This document shows positions 1-12,119 of a stretch of 61,886 bases of DNA, one piece after another. The notes below the pieces were generated by a model. It saw only the letters and a list, made by a program, of their open reading frames with translations, did not search any database and was not told where the DNA came from. The translations under genes were made by a program, and so were the position numbers. The stretch comes from Actinomycetota bacterium (lineage in GTDB: Bacteria > Actinomycetota > Actinomycetes > Nanopelagicales > Nanopelagicaceae). Location: assembly GCA_010031635.1 (NCBI GenBank), contig RGZI01000001.1, forward strand, positions 1 through 61,886. Reading direction: 5' to 3'. How positions within the stretch are numbered: the first letter of the stretch is position 1; the number at the start of each line of letters is the position of its first letter.

Positions 1-71
1 TCGGCAACGACAATACGGTAGTGAGGGGTACGGATCTTTCCCATACGCGCCAAGCGAATCTTTGCAGCCAC
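1..71 (-). CDS. rpsP: 30S ribosomal protein S16, N-terminal fragment (gene runs off the window start)
   Basis: Reverse complement reads GTG-AAKIRLARMGKIRTPHYRIVVAD, the conserved S16 N-terminus. AGGAG lies 6 nt upstream of the GTG. It sits downstream of ffh, the usual position. Confidence 0.85.
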   Translation of the reverse strand, partial: MAAKIRLARMGKIRTPHYRIVVA

Positions 72-239
72 TAACACTCCTGAATTTTAGGAACTAGATA
101 GGTATCTGGTTCGAGCGGTACCAGCAGGTGAAAGCAGCCCACCTGACTTGGGGGATATCTTGCCATCTCAACGGCCAGAAGCGAAAACGGGCCCTATCTC
201 GCTAGTTATCTGAGCCTGCTAACCCGAATAAGCGGAGAT

Positions 240-1721
240 TTAGCCACCCTCAAGCGCTCTTTTAGCGGGATTGCCTGATTTTGAACGTTTAGGTGGTGGG
301 GCAACCTTTGCAGCCGGCATGCCACCCATTCCGCCCATTCCGCCCATTCCGCCCATAGAAGGCATTCCACCCGGCATCTGCAGATTTGCTGCTCCACCTA
401 AACCTGGTTGGTTACGCATCTGCTTCATCGCTTTTTGAGCGGCGCTAAATCGATCTAAGACATTGTTCACGTGAAAAACTTCAGTACCACTGCCTCGGGC
501 TATTCGGGCCCGTCGTGAACCATTAATAATCTTTGGCTCTTGTCGTTCATTTGGCGTCATGGAATGAATTATCGCTTCAGCGCGAGTTAATTCATTTTCA
601 TCGATTGCCGCAATTTGTTTTTTCATTTGCGCGCTTTGAGCCCCAGGCAACATTCCCAAAATTTTGGACATCGAGCCCATTTTTTTCATCGCTTGCAATT
701 GCTCGAGAAAATCATCAAAAGTAAATTTTTCACCAGAGATAAATTTCTCTTCAAGCTTTTGCGCACTGTCTCCATCTAGCGCCTTCTTGGCTTGCTCGGC
801 AAGTGTTGCAACATCACCCATACCCAAAATTCGGTTTGCCATACGATCAGGGTGAAAAGGTTCGAACTCATTACTTTTTTCACCCGTAGATAAAAACATT
901 ACCGGTCTATTTGTTACAGATGCAATTGAAAGTGCAGCACCGCCTCTGGCGTCTCCGTCCATCTTGGTAAGCACAATTCCATCGAAACCTACGCCGTCAA
1001 GAAATGCTTGCGCGGTATTTACCGCATCTTGACCAATCATGGCATCTACAACAAAAAGTACTTCATTAGGAGAGATTGCATCTCTAATATTTTTTGCTTG
1101 TTCCATCAACTCTTTATCAACGCCGAGTCGACCTGCGGTATCTACAATTACAAAGTTGTGTACTTTTTGTTTTGCAAATTCAATTCCAGCTTTTGCAACT
1201 TTTACTGGATCTCCAACGCCGTTGCCAGGTTCTGGAGCAAAGACTGGAACTCCTACCGAACCACCCACAACCTGCAATTGATCTACCGCGTTCGGTCTTT
1301 GTAAATCACAGGCCACAAGTACAGGTGTGTTTCCTTCACTCTTTAAATATGCTGCCAATTTTCCGGCCAAAGTTGTTTTTCCCGAGCCTTGCAACCCGGC
1401 AAGCATAATTACTGTTGGGGCTGTTTTTGCATAGCGCAACCTGCGTGCACTTCCGCCAAGAATGGCAACAAGTTCCTCGTGAACAATTGAAATTATCTGT
1501 TGTCCCGGATTAATTCCTTTTTTGTCTAGTGAGATTTGCTCAAGTGATCTGGTGCGTACCCTTTCAACAAGTAGCGTGACAACAGAGCCAGCGACATCTG
1601 CTTCCAACAGTGCAACACGAATCTCTTCGCAAGTTTCGTCTATATCTACTGGATTGATCCGACCGCGATTACGCAGTCCGGTAAAGGTCTTGGTAAGCCG
1701 GGAGCTGAGCGAATCAAACAT
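240..1721 (-). CDS. ffh: Signal recognition particle protein Ffh
   Basis: 493-aa ORF with GTPase motifs GLQGSGKTT, DTAGR and TKMDGDARGG, a Met-rich M domain and a GGM-repeat tail. Confidence 0.97.
   Translation of the reverse strand: MFDSLSSRLTKTFTGLRNRGRINPVDIDETCEEIRVALLEADVAGSVVTLLVERVRTRSLEQISLDKKGINPGQQIISIVHEELVAILGGSARRLRYAKTAPTVIMLAGLQGSGKTTLAGKLAAYLKSEGNTPVLVACDLQRPNAVDQLQVVGGSVGVPVFAPEPGNGVGDPVKVAKAGIEFAKQKVHNFVIVDTAGRLGVDKELMEQAKNIRDAISPNEVLFVVDAMIGQDAVNTAQAFLDGVGFDGIVLTKMDGDARGGAALSIASVTNRPVMFLSTGEKSNEFEPFHPDRMANRILGMGDVATLAEQAKKALDGDSAQKLEEKFISGEKFTFDDFLEQLQAMKKMGSMSKILGMLPGAQSAQMKKQIAAIDENELTRAEAIIHSMTPNERQEPKIINGSRRARIARGSGTEVFHVNNVLDRFSAAQKAMKQMRNQPGLGGAANLQMPGGMPSMGGMGGMGGMGGMPAAKVAPPPKRSKSGNPAKRALEGG
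325..356. repeat. 9-bp tandem repeat (cccattccg, about 3.5 units) encoding the MGGMGGMGGM tail of Ffh
   Basis: Direct reading of the sequence; the repeat lies inside the ffh 3' end. Confidence 0.9.
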
Positions 1722-1733
1722 GGCTAGATCATA

Positions 1734-4022
1734 TTAGATTTTATTAGCACGCAACTGCTGCTCAATACTTTGCGCAACTGCTGCAGCCCGTTTTGGATCC
1801 AACGGACGACCATCTATTTCAGTAATATAAAGTGAATCGCAAGCTTCGGCTCCTAGGGTGGAAACTATTGCCGCCCGAACATCAACTCCACTTTCAGTCA
1901 CTGCTTTTCCTAGGAGATACAGCAATCCCATTTGATCATGTGATCGCACATCCAAAACAGTTGCTTCGGTAGCGCCGTCGTGAATAACTTCCACAATCGG
2001 CGGTGGGACTGGTATCGGGGAGGTAGATCTATAGCTGGCAACCCGTTCTTTAATCTTTTCAGCAATATCTAATTCACCGTTCAGGGCTTTAGTTAAGGAT
2101 TGCTTTAGTGCGCTTTCTGAAATATCAGGTGCATAAACATCAGGTAGTACTAACCATCGCATAACTGCTGAATTTGCAAAGGTGCGTGTGCGTGCAGATC
2201 TCACATTTAATCTATTAATTGTTAAGAATCCGGCAACAAGTGACAATAATCCCGGTCTGTCTGGGGCAATTATCAAAAGTTCAGTTATCTCATCTCGTTT
2301 AATTATCGAAAGATGTATCTGCCCTGATTTTGCCAAATCTTTTTCACTTTCTGAAAACTCTGGTTGTGGTGGAAGTCCAACTCCTGAAATTTGCTTTTTA
2401 ACACGGTTAACTAAATCTGCGACTAATGAGGCTTTCCAACTACTCCATGCGGTATTTCCCGTTGCTTGTCCATCAGAAATACTTAGCGCGTGCAAAAGTT
2501 CAATAGTTAGTGGATCACTTATTAATTCACAAACAGAATTAATTGTGGTTGGATCATCTAAATCCCGACGAGTAGCCACCGTCGATAGTAATAAGTGGTG
2601 CATTACTAAAGTTTCAACAACGGATACGTCGTTTTCTGGAAATCCCATACGTTGCAATATTGGTTTAACGATCTCTGCTCCAGTAATGCTGTGATCCCCT
2701 GGCAAGCCTTTCCCCATGTCGTGTAAAAGTGCCGAGACTAATAAAAGATCTGGCCGATGCACCTGTCTAGTTAGATCACTTGCATGTAATGCAGTTTCAA
2801 CCATATGTCGATCTACTGTGTGTCTATGCAAGGCATTTCGCTGTGGTAATGATCTGATTCGATTCCACTCTGGAATTAAAATTTGAGTGAGTTCTGCTTG
2901 ATCAAGCGCCTCCCAAACTTGCACCATGGCATTTCCAGCTCCGAGAAGAGCTACAAAATCCTCACGTGCTTCACGGGGCCAAGGTTGTGGGAAAGAGATC
3001 AATTTATCTTTAGCCAACGTGCAACTATCAATTGAAAGTGGGATGCCTCGTTGCGCCGCAGATGCGGCTGCGCGAAGCAGAACCGATGGATCTAATTCCA
3101 AATCCCCAGTTATTCTGACTTCACCTTGATAAATGCCCACACCTTTTGCAATCTCTTCTGTTTTTTCCTGATTTGATCCTCTGCTCTTGAATGAAAAGAG
3201 TTTTGGAGCCGGGCGATATTGATCAAAACGATGGAAAACCGTTTCAGATAAGTAATCAACAGTTCTCGCTGATTGAGCGATATTTAACATCAATTCATCA
3301 GCATCTTTATAGCCAAGTAATTCAGCAACTTTATCTTGTTCAAAAAAACTTAACCGGTCACCGCTCTTTCCGGTGACCAAATGCAATGCTTCTCTTGCAT
3401 TGTTCAATGTTGATTCTGCTTTAGCTACTCGATCTAATTCCACTGTGACTAAATCAGTCTTAGCAATTCCACGTAGAGCAGTAATATCCCGCAATCCCCC
3501 GCGTGACTCTTTTAAATCTGGCTCAAGTAGATAAGCAAGTTCTCCTGATCTTTGAGAACGCTCATGTGAGTACTTTCTTAATTCACTAATCCATCGCCCA
3601 CCATTTTTTCGCCAATCCAGCAGCGCAACACTCTCAACGGTATCTACCAAGTCACGATTTCCAGCGACCCAACGAATATCCAACAAACCTAGTGCTACTC
3701 GTCCATCAATATCAGCAATCTCTTTAACTTCACTTCTAGTGCGCACTGAATGATCAACTGAAAAACCACTATCCCAAAGTGGATAAAGAATTTTTTCAAC
3801 CGCTTTAGTTAGATCTGCTTCAGGAATATTTCCGTTATGTAAAAAAAGTAAATCTAAATCTGAGCCAGGCGATAATTCCCCTCGTCCATACCCACCAATT
3901 GCAGCTAGTGCTAAAGAATCTCGGCCTGAAATAATTGGGATAAGTAAAAGTGCTTCACTAAATAGCGAAGCCAGACGGGCATCCGCAGAGTATGAACGTG
4001 CTCTACGCTCGCGTGTGCCCAT
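1734..4022 (-). CDS. glnD: [Protein-PII] uridylyl/adenylyltransferase GlnD
   Basis: Nucleotidyltransferase motif GGYGRGELSPGSDLDLLFLH, HD domain (LHDMGKG) and C-terminal ACT-like repeats. It follows amtB-glnK as in actinobacteria. Confidence 0.9.
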   Translation of the reverse strand: MGTRERRARSYSADARLASLFSEALLLIPIISGRDSLALAAIGGYGRGELSPGSDLDLLFLHNGNIPEADLTKAVEKILYPLWDSGFSVDHSVRTRSEVKEIADIDGRVALGLLDIRWVAGNRDLVDTVESVALLDWRKNGGRWISELRKYSHERSQRSGELAYLLEPDLKESRGGLRDITALRGIAKTDLVTVELDRVAKAESTLNNAREALHLVTGKSGDRLSFFEQDKVAELLGYKDADELMLNIAQSARTVDYLSETVFHRFDQYRPAPKLFSFKSRGSNQEKTEEIAKGVGIYQGEVRITGDLELDPSVLLRAAASAAQRGIPLSIDSCTLAKDKLISFPQPWPREAREDFVALLGAGNAMVQVWEALDQAELTQILIPEWNRIRSLPQRNALHRHTVDRHMVETALHASDLTRQVHRPDLLLVSALLHDMGKGLPGDHSITGAEIVKPILQRMGFPENDVSVVETLVMHHLLLSTVATRRDLDDPTTINSVCELISDPLTIELLHALSISDGQATGNTAWSSWKASLVADLVNRVKKQISGVGLPPQPEFSESEKDLAKSGQIHLSIIKRDEITELLIIAPDRPGLLSLVAGFLTINRLNVRSARTRTFANSAVMRWLVLPDVYAPDISESALKQSLTKALNGELDIAEKIKERVASYRSTSPIPVPPPIVEVIHDGATEATVLDVRSHDQMGLLYLLGKAVTESGVDVRAAIVSTLGAEACDSLYITEIDGRPLDPKRAAAVAQSIEQQLRANKI

Positions 4023-4044
4023 CTGGCTAGACTCTCACTAATTA

Positions 4045-5684
<1,640 letters not shown>

Positions 5685-5858
5685 AATTTTTCCTCACGTT
5701 TAGGTGGGATTCAATGTGATTCCGGATTAAGGCTCGGAGCAGCCACTCGCCGTTGAGTAGGTGAAGTATCTGATTACCGTGTTTCCAGATATGAGCAGTA
5801 AAGGTTTCCGACAGATCACAATTTCGGCTGTTGTGTTAACGGCAGGTTAAGCAGTTAG

Positions 5859-6707
5859 CTAACTACTTATGAGAGCTGCAACAAAAGCGGCCGCCGCGAA
5901 AGGCGCCAAATCGGAAATCCCCTCGCCCGTGCCCACAAACTTGATTGGAGCCCCGAGTTCACGCTCAATCGCGAAAGCGATGCCGCCTTTTGCCGAACCA
6001 TCCAGCTTGGTTACCACTACCCCGGTAACTCCTACTGCCTGCGCAAAAATCTGTGCTTGGGCTAACCCATTTTGTCCGGTAGTTCCATCAATTACCAATA
6101 AAACTTCTCCAACCGAGGTGCGCTTTTCAATTACTCGGCGGATTTTGGATAACTCATCCATTAATCCGGCCTTGGTGTGCAAACGCCCTGCGGTATCAAT
6201 CAAAACAAAATCTGCTCCAATTTCAAATCCTTTGGCCACCGCATCAAAAGCAATTGCCGCTGGATCTGCACCATCTTTTCCAGAAACTAATGTTGCTCCA
6301 GCATTTACTGCCCAAGTACTGACTTGTCCGGTAGCTGCTGCGCGAAAAGTATCTGCTGCACCGATGACTACTTTGTTCCCAGTTGCAACTAAATAATGTG
6401 CCAACTTTCCGACAGTGGTTGTTTTACCAACCCCATTAACTCCAACAATTAAAATTACATTTGGTGTTTGGTTTCTAATTAAATTTCTATCTCTGTCTTT
6501 ACCCAACAATTCGAGTAAGCCATCTTCAAGAGATACCTTTGAATTTTTCTTCAATAAATTAACTAGTTCAACGCTCAACTTTGGTCCAAGATCACTGTTT
6601 ATTAGTTGCTGTTCAATTTCATTCCAGTCGACATCAGCATTTACCCCTGGTTCGCGGCGCAACTTGGAAATTAAAGAGGTAACCCCAGAAAAGGAAAACA
6701 GAGCCAT
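5859..6707 (-). CDS. ftsY: SRP receptor FtsY (short, NG domain only)
   Basis: GVNGVGKTTT, DTAGRLH and TKLDGSAKGG. There is no acidic A-domain. Confidence 0.93.
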   Translation of the reverse strand: MALFSFSGVTSLISKLRREPGVNADVDWNEIEQQLINSDLGPKLSVELVNLLKKNSKVSLEDGLLELLGKDRDRNLIRNQTPNVILIVGVNGVGKTTTVGKLAHYLVATGNKVVIGAADTFRAAATGQVSTWAVNAGATLVSGKDGADPAAIAFDAVAKGFEIGADFVLIDTAGRLHTKAGLMDELSKIRRVIEKRTSVGEVLLVIDGTTGQNGLAQAQIFAQAVGVTGVVVTKLDGSAKGGIAFAIERELGAPIKFVGTGEGISDLAPFAAAAFVAALISS

Positions 6708-6710
6708 AAT

Positions 6711-9700
6711 TTAAGCGTTCTCGATTTCACGAATTCGCTGTGAAATTACTTGAGTGACTCCATCACCACGCATTGAAACTCCATAGAGTGAATCGGCAAT
6801 CTCCATAGTTCTCTTCTGATGAGTCACAACAATTAATTGCGAAGATGAGCGAAGTTCGGCCAGAACTTCAAGCAATCTTCCTAAGTTTGTATCATCTAGC
6901 GCGGCTTCAACCTCATCCAAAACATAAAACGGACTTGGACGGGCTTTGAAGATCGCTATTAAAAGTGCGACAGCGGTTAATGAGCGTTCTCCACCGGATA
7001 GCAAGGAGAGCCGTTTGACTCGTTTTCCAGGAGGTCTGGCCTCTACTTCAATTCCTGTTGTTAGCAAATCTTCAGGATTAGTAAGGAACAAGCGACCTTC
7101 GCCCCCAGGAAATAATCTTGGAAAAATCAATGCGAATTGACGCGCAGTCTCTTCATAGGCTTCACGGAAAATAATCTCCACGCGTTCATCAACTTCACGC
7201 ACAATTTCTAACAAATCACGTCTGGTTGATTTCAAATCCTCTAGTTGATCTGTCAAATACTTTGAGCGCTCTTCCAAAGCGGTGAACTCCTCAAGGGCTA
7301 GCGGATTGATCTTTCCTAATACCGCTAATGAACGTTCTGCTGCCGCTAAGCGCTTCTCTTGCTGATCACGACGGTATGGGATCATTTCAGTAGCAATAAC
7401 TTGACCTTCATCATCAAGTACAAAGGTCGGGACTTCACGATCAGGTCCGTACTCAGATAAATGGGTTTGCGCATCAATTGCAAATTCTTCGTAAACTTTT
7501 TCCTCTAATTGTTCAATCCGTAATTTTTGCTCAGCTCTTGCAATTTCATCTCGATGCACGCTATCGGTAAGTGCTTCCATCTCAACTGTTAATTCCCGGT
7601 TTCTTGCCCTTGCCGCTAGCAATTCCCCTTCGCGCGCTACTCTTTCATTTTCTAATTCAGCGCGCTCATTCATGGCTTTCGTTATTGATACTTCAATCTG
7701 AATTAACGCCTCATATGCAGTTTCAGCGATTGCCTGAGCCGTTATCGCGCCTTTGGCTCGACTTTCGCGACGTGTAATTGCAATAACTTTTGAATCGCGT
7801 TCTGCCTGTGCTGATTTTTCAAGTTGCTCAGCGCGAGATGCTGTCGAATTGGCTCTCTCTTCACTTGTTCTAAGGGATAATCGAGATTCCATTTCAACAC
7901 TTCGTGCAATCGCTACCGCTTCACGTTTGGTTTCCATTGCTGCAGTGTCGGGTTCAGCAAAATGTATTTGCTCAACAGGTTCATTTTCAAGATGGGTCAA
8001 TTGATTACGATGTTCTTCTAGCGCTTTTTGAGCCTCGGCAATTGCAGTAGCTAATCTTTCAGCTTCAGCTGATGCCGCACGAACATTTTGATTTGCTAAC
8101 CCCATTTGTTCAGCAAGTGCGGCCATGTGAGCGTCCGACTCATTTAATTGCGCAATACATTTTTCGAGATTTTCGCGCGCTGCTGAAGATTGTGTCTCTA
8201 ATGCACTAATTTCAAAACGAAGTCTTTCTCCATTGTGCGTGAACTCCCTGAGTGACTTCTCACTCTCGTCAATAATCGCGCGAAGCTCAATCAAACTTGA
8301 CTCACTCTTAGATCCACCGACAACTAAATCGCGGCCAAGAATATCTCCGTCGCGAGTTACTACGCGCAAATCAGAATTGCTTTGCAATAATGTGTGCGCC
8401 AACTGCAAATTTTCGACAACAACTGTATTTGCTAAGACATGAGATAACGAACGTACTAAACGTTCGCTTTTAATCAAATCAATTGCGCGGTAGGCACCAG
8501 AAGGAAGTGAGATATTCGGTTGATTTGAAATTGTCTCTATGGAGCCCATAACCAAAATCTCGGCACGACCACCATTCTCACGTTTAAGTAAAGTTAGCGC
8601 ATCTATAGCATCAGATAAACGTCCAACAACTACTGCATCTGAAAGCGAACCAAGTGCGGCCGTCATCGCACTTTCCCAGCCGGCAGAAATTTCAATGAGT
8701 GAGGCGACAGAACCAAGCGCATTAACTTCTGAAGAAGAACCCAGAAGAGCAGCTCCGCCATCTCTTGAGTTAACGCTTAACTTAAGTGCCTCAATTCGAG
8801 CTTCAATCGAAGATCTTGATCGTTCGCTGCCACGTTCGTTATCCCGCGCTTTTTCTAAAGTTGCTAGAACTTGATCTGACATTTTTTTCGCTTCTTGGTA
8901 AGCGCTATCCAAATGTGCTTCCCCGGCATCAACTCCGGCGATTTCGGATTCACGTGTTGCAAATTCACGTTGTGCGGCACTTACGCGATTCAGTGCTTCA
9001 TCTCGGTTTCGCGTTAATCTTTCAATTTCTGCTTCTCCAGCTTGTATTCTTGAGCGCAATGAATTAACTCTACCTTCGCGCCGCGCACTTCCCTCGCGTG
9101 CATCCGCAGCCTGTCGCAACGCAGAAGCCAATTGACTTTCTTGTGCAGTAAGAGCAGCTTCTGCTGATTGCAAATCTAAAGAAGCTTTCTCTAACGCGCT
9201 TTTCTGCAAGAGCATTCCATCGCGAATTTTTCCTTCGTCAATGCGCAATTGCTTCGCTTCTAAATCCATCGCATCCGGATCGATTCCCGACGCTCTGATC
9301 TCTTCGGAATCAGCAAGGAACCGAGCTCGTTCTGTTGCTAAATTTGCTGTCCCGCGGAAACGCTCACGTAAGCTATTTAGTCGATAAAAATTTTCTTGGG
9401 CACGCACTAAAATGGGTGCTTCGCGCATTGATATTTCTTCTAACTCTTGTTCACGTTTTCTAGTTCTATCTAACTCACCTTCAACATCACTTCTTCGACT
9501 TCGCAAAACTGTTTCATCCTCTACATCTGCAGACAGCGTTGAGCGCAGCGAAAGTAAATCATCGGCAAGTACGCGCAACTTCGCATCTCGTACATCTGCC
9601 TGAATAGTGGCTGCTCGTTTGGCAACTTCCGCCTGACGTCCAAGTGGTTTTAATTGTCGGCGTAACTCAGCTAACAAATCTTGAATTCTGGTAAAGTTTT

Positions 9701-10256
9701 GTTGCATCGCATCTAATTTACGAAGTGCCTTCTCTTTACGTTTTCGATGTTTAAGAATTCCAGCAGCTTCTTCAATAAAGGCGCGTCGCTCTTCTGGGTT
9801 TGCAGACAAAATTGCATCCAGCTGTCCTTGTCCAACAATCACATGCATTTCTCGGCCGATTCCACTATCACTTAATAGCTCTTGGATATCTAATAAACGA
9901 GAACTCTCACCATTTATCTGATAGTCGCTAGTGCCGTTACGAAAAAGAATTCTTGAAATAGTTACTTCTGTGAAATCAATCGGCAATGCGCCATCAGTGT
10001 TGTCAATTGTTACAGCAACTTCTGCACGCCCAAGAGGAGCCCGTCCTGTGGTTCCGGCGAAAATTACATCTTCCATCTTTCCGCCACGTAAACTTTTTGC
10101 GCCTTGCTCGCCCAATACCCAGGTGAGCGCATCAATAATGTTGGACTTACCAGAACCGTTAGGGCCAACTACGCAGGTGATGCCAGGCTCAAAGTGCAAG
10201 GTAGTGGCAGAGGCAAAGGATTTAAAACCTTTCAAGGTCAGGCTCTTTAAATACAT
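6711..10256 (-). CDS. smc: Chromosome partition protein SMC
   Basis: 1181 aa with Walker A GPNGSGKSN, long coiled coils, a hinge, the LSGGE signature and Walker B YVLDEVEAALD. Confidence 0.96.
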   Translation of the reverse strand: MYLKSLTLKGFKSFASATTLHFEPGITCVVGPNGSGKSNIIDALTWVLGEQGAKSLRGGKMEDVIFAGTTGRAPLGRAEVAVTIDNTDGALPIDFTEVTISRILFRNGTSDYQINGESSRLLDIQELLSDSGIGREMHVIVGQGQLDAILSANPEERRAFIEEAAGILKHRKRKEKALRKLDAMQQNFTRIQDLLAELRRQLKPLGRQAEVAKRAATIQADVRDAKLRVLADDLLSLRSTLSADVEDETVLRSRRSDVEGELDRTRKREQELEEISMREAPILVRAQENFYRLNSLRERFRGTANLATERARFLADSEEIRASGIDPDAMDLEAKQLRIDEGKIRDGMLLQKSALEKASLDLQSAEAALTAQESQLASALRQAADAREGSARREGRVNSLRSRIQAGEAEIERLTRNRDEALNRVSAAQREFATRESEIAGVDAGEAHLDSAYQEAKKMSDQVLATLEKARDNERGSERSRSSIEARIEALKLSVNSRDGGAALLGSSSEVNALGSVASLIEISAGWESAMTAALGSLSDAVVVGRLSDAIDALTLLKRENGGRAEILVMGSIETISNQPNISLPSGAYRAIDLIKSERLVRSLSHVLANTVVVENLQLAHTLLQSNSDLRVVTRDGDILGRDLVVGGSKSESSLIELRAIIDESEKSLREFTHNGERLRFEISALETQSSAARENLEKCIAQLNESDAHMAALAEQMGLANQNVRAASAEAERLATAIAEAQKALEEHRNQLTHLENEPVEQIHFAEPDTAAMETKREAVAIARSVEMESRLSLRTSEERANSTASRAEQLEKSAQAERDSKVIAITRRESRAKGAITAQAIAETAYEALIQIEVSITKAMNERAELENERVAREGELLAARARNRELTVEMEALTDSVHRDEIARAEQKLRIEQLEEKVYEEFAIDAQTHLSEYGPDREVPTFVLDDEGQVIATEMIPYRRDQQEKRLAAAERSLAVLGKINPLALEEFTALEERSKYLTDQLEDLKSTRRDLLEIVREVDERVEIIFREAYEETARQFALIFPRLFPGGEGRLFLTNPEDLLTTGIEVEARPPGKRVKRLSLLSGGERSLTAVALLIAIFKARPSPFYVLDEVEAALDDTNLGRLLEVLAELRSSSQLIVVTHQKRTMEIADSLYGVSMRGDGVTQVISQRIREIENA

Positions 10257-10372
10257 CTACTGACCTCCTTTTCTGGCTAACCCTGTCTGGCTCTCACAAC
10301 CGCTCTGCTTGCGCAAGGGCAAACCTACCCTTCGCCTTTATCCAACTAGCGCATCTAGCGCATCTAATTCGA

Positions 10373-11215
10373 TTAAGCCGGTTTTGGTTGACACTTGCTG
10401 CAGAAATGGCTGTATCGACCCATAAATCTGGCTTTAGTAATCAAGCCCCGACACTTTGGCCGCGGGCAAGGGAGACCGTTTTGGCCATAGGCGGCCAGTG
10501 AGCGATCAAAATACCCACTTTCACCATTTACATTTACATACAAATCATCAAAGGAGGTTCCACCAGCTGCTATTGCCTGGCCCATAACCTCTTTACATTT
10601 GTCGATTATTTTTACGACTTGGGCAGGAGTTAATTCTTTGCCGATCCGCTGTGGGTGAATTTTGGCTCGCCATAACGCTTCATCGGCGTAGATATTTCCA
10701 ACTCCACTTATCACCCCTTGGTCTAGTAGTAATTTTTTTACCTCAGAATTACTTTTTCTGATTTTTTCAACTACCGCTTTTTGCTGATACTCCGATTCAA
10801 ATACATCAGGGGCAATCTTCTTAACGCTTTTTGGAATGCCACCGTCAAGATCATCTAAAGTCATATGACCAAAAGTGCGTTGATCTACAAAATGAATCTC
10901 TTTCTCTACCTCAGCGATTGACAATCTAATTCGTAAATGTTTATGAGGTGAATCGACGACATTAGGAAGTAAAACTTGGCCGCTCATACCTAAGTGAATT
11001 ATTAATGCTTGATTATTGTCTAGCAGCAACCACATATATTTTCCACGACGGTCAACTTTTGTAATTTTTCGCCCCGGCAGTACTTTTTGCAAATCGTAAG
11101 TTGTGTTATTTCTTATTGCTCGCGAATGCAAGATTTCTACCTTAGAAATTTTCCATCCGATTACCCATTTTTCTAGACCACTTCGAACTGTTTCAACTTC
11201 CGGTAATTCGGGCAT
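10373..11215 (-). CDS. mutM: Formamidopyrimidine-DNA glycosylase
   Basis: N-terminal MPELPEVE and a C-terminal four-Cys zinc finger (CPRPKC...CSKC). Confidence 0.93.
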   Translation of the reverse strand: MPELPEVETVRSGLEKWVIGWKISKVEILHSRAIRNNTTYDLQKVLPGRKITKVDRRGKYMWLLLDNNQALIIHLGMSGQVLLPNVVDSPHKHLRIRLSIAEVEKEIHFVDQRTFGHMTLDDLDGGIPKSVKKIAPDVFESEYQQKAVVEKIRKSNSEVKKLLLDQGVISGVGNIYADEALWRAKIHPQRIGKELTPAQVVKIIDKCKEVMGQAIAAGGTSFDDLYVNVNGESGYFDRSLAAYGQNGLPCPRPKCRGLITKARFMGRYSHFCSKCQPKPA

Positions 11216-11223
11216 TATTTAAG

Positions 11224-11904
11224 TTATTCGCTCTCACTTAATAAAGATTCATACGCCTTGGTTGCTGCAATCTGTTCGGCTTCCCTCTTGCTCTTGCCAT
11301 CGCCTTCTCCAGCGACTTTCCCAGAGAGTAAAACCTGGGCGACAAAACTCTTGTCATGGTCAGGCCCTGATTCGGTAATTGCATATTCAGGAGCGCTCTT
11401 ACCTCGGGCTGCAACTAACTCTTGGAGTGCGGTCTTTCCATCAAGGCCGGCACCTTTATTTATCGCTTCGTCAATTGCTGGGTTTAATAACATTAAAATT
11501 ATCCGCTCAGCATTTGCAAATCCTTCTGATAAATAGATTGCTCCAATAAGTGCTTCAAGTGTGTCTGCCAGAATTGAGGATTTGTCGCGACCAGCAGTTA
11601 CTTCCTCACCTTTACCAAGTCGGATATATTTTCCAAGTTCTAAATTACGTGCAACATCGGCGAGCGCTTTAGTGTTCACAATTCCGGATCTCAGTGGACT
11701 TAGCCGACTTTCCGGCAAATCAGGAAATCGTTTATAAAGTTCATCGGTAACAATTAATCCCAATACGCTATCGCCAAGAAATTCAAGTCTCTCATTAGTT
11801 GGCAAACCACCTGCTTCATAAGCAAAGGAGCGGTGCGTCAATGCAACTTCAAGTAAATCTAAATTAATGTTTGCGCCAATTTTCTCGCAAAGCTGAGCGA
11901 GCAT
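11224..11904 (-). CDS. rnc: Ribonuclease III
   Basis: ERLEFLGDSVLGLIV signature and a C-terminal dsRBD. Confidence 0.95.
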   Translation of the reverse strand: MLAQLCEKIGANINLDLLEVALTHRSFAYEAGGLPTNERLEFLGDSVLGLIVTDELYKRFPDLPESRLSPLRSGIVNTKALADVARNLELGKYIRLGKGEEVTAGRDKSSILADTLEALIGAIYLSEGFANAERIILMLLNPAIDEAINKGAGLDGKTALQELVAARGKSAPEYAITESGPDHDKSFVAQVLLSGKVAGEGDGKSKREAEQIAATKAYESLLSESE

Positions 11905-12077
11905 TAGACGTTAAGGACGTTGCGGTCCCGATAAGTGCCACAGGTTGAACATGCGATATGTTGCAAACGAGGTTGGCGACATTGTTCGCATTCAACGGTA
12001 TTTGCAGCCGTGGTGAACCATTGGCTACGACGCATGCGAGTGCGGGCCCTTGATAACTTCCGCTTTGGTACTGGCAT
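11904..12077 (-). CDS. rpmF: 50S ribosomal protein L32 (below the ORF-track size cutoff)
   Basis: My translation is MPVPKRKLSRARTRMRRSQWFTTAANTVECEQCRQPRLQHIACSTCGTYRDRNVLNV*. GGAG RBS present. The TAA overlaps the rnc ATG (TAATG). It lies in the conserved yceD-rpmF-rnc position. Confidence 0.9.
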   Translation of the reverse strand: MPVPKRKLSRARTRMRRSQWFTTAANTVECEQCRQPRLQHIACSTCGTYRDRNVLNV

Positions 12078-12119
12078 TGCCAACTCCTCTAAAAGATCTA
12101 GGGGGAAAGTATCCCCTAA

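Noticed and set aside
125-145. Hairpin caggtg-aaagcagcc-cacctg, whose loop GAAAGCAGCC recalls the SRP RNA domain IV motif, located next to ffh
   Set aside because: The rest of the conserved SRP RNA helix 8 (GGUCC-GGAA-GGAAGCAGCC with its symmetric and asymmetric loops) and an acceptor-like closing helix are absent. It is most likely just a 6-bp spacer hairpin.
71-166. 31-codon ORF (MARYPPSQVGCFHLLVPLEPDTYLVPKIQEC) in the ffh-rpsP spacer, whose TAG overlaps the rpsP GTG
   Set aside because: It has no convincing RBS and an unremarkable composition, and rpsP has its own well-spaced AGGAG. The overlap is probably coincidental. I could not support it the way I could the ligA-nadD sORF.
206-397. 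63-aa minus-strand ORF with a WAEWAEWAEW repeat
   Set aside because: It is an alternative-frame reading of the 9-bp tandem repeat that encodes the genuine GGM tail of Ffh, not an independent gene.
10346-10366. Tandem 9-bp repeat ctagcgcat x2.3, plus the 10-bp palindrome cttgcgcaag nearby, in the mutM-smc spacer
   Set aside because: These are very short, single-locus features with no associated function that I can argue for.
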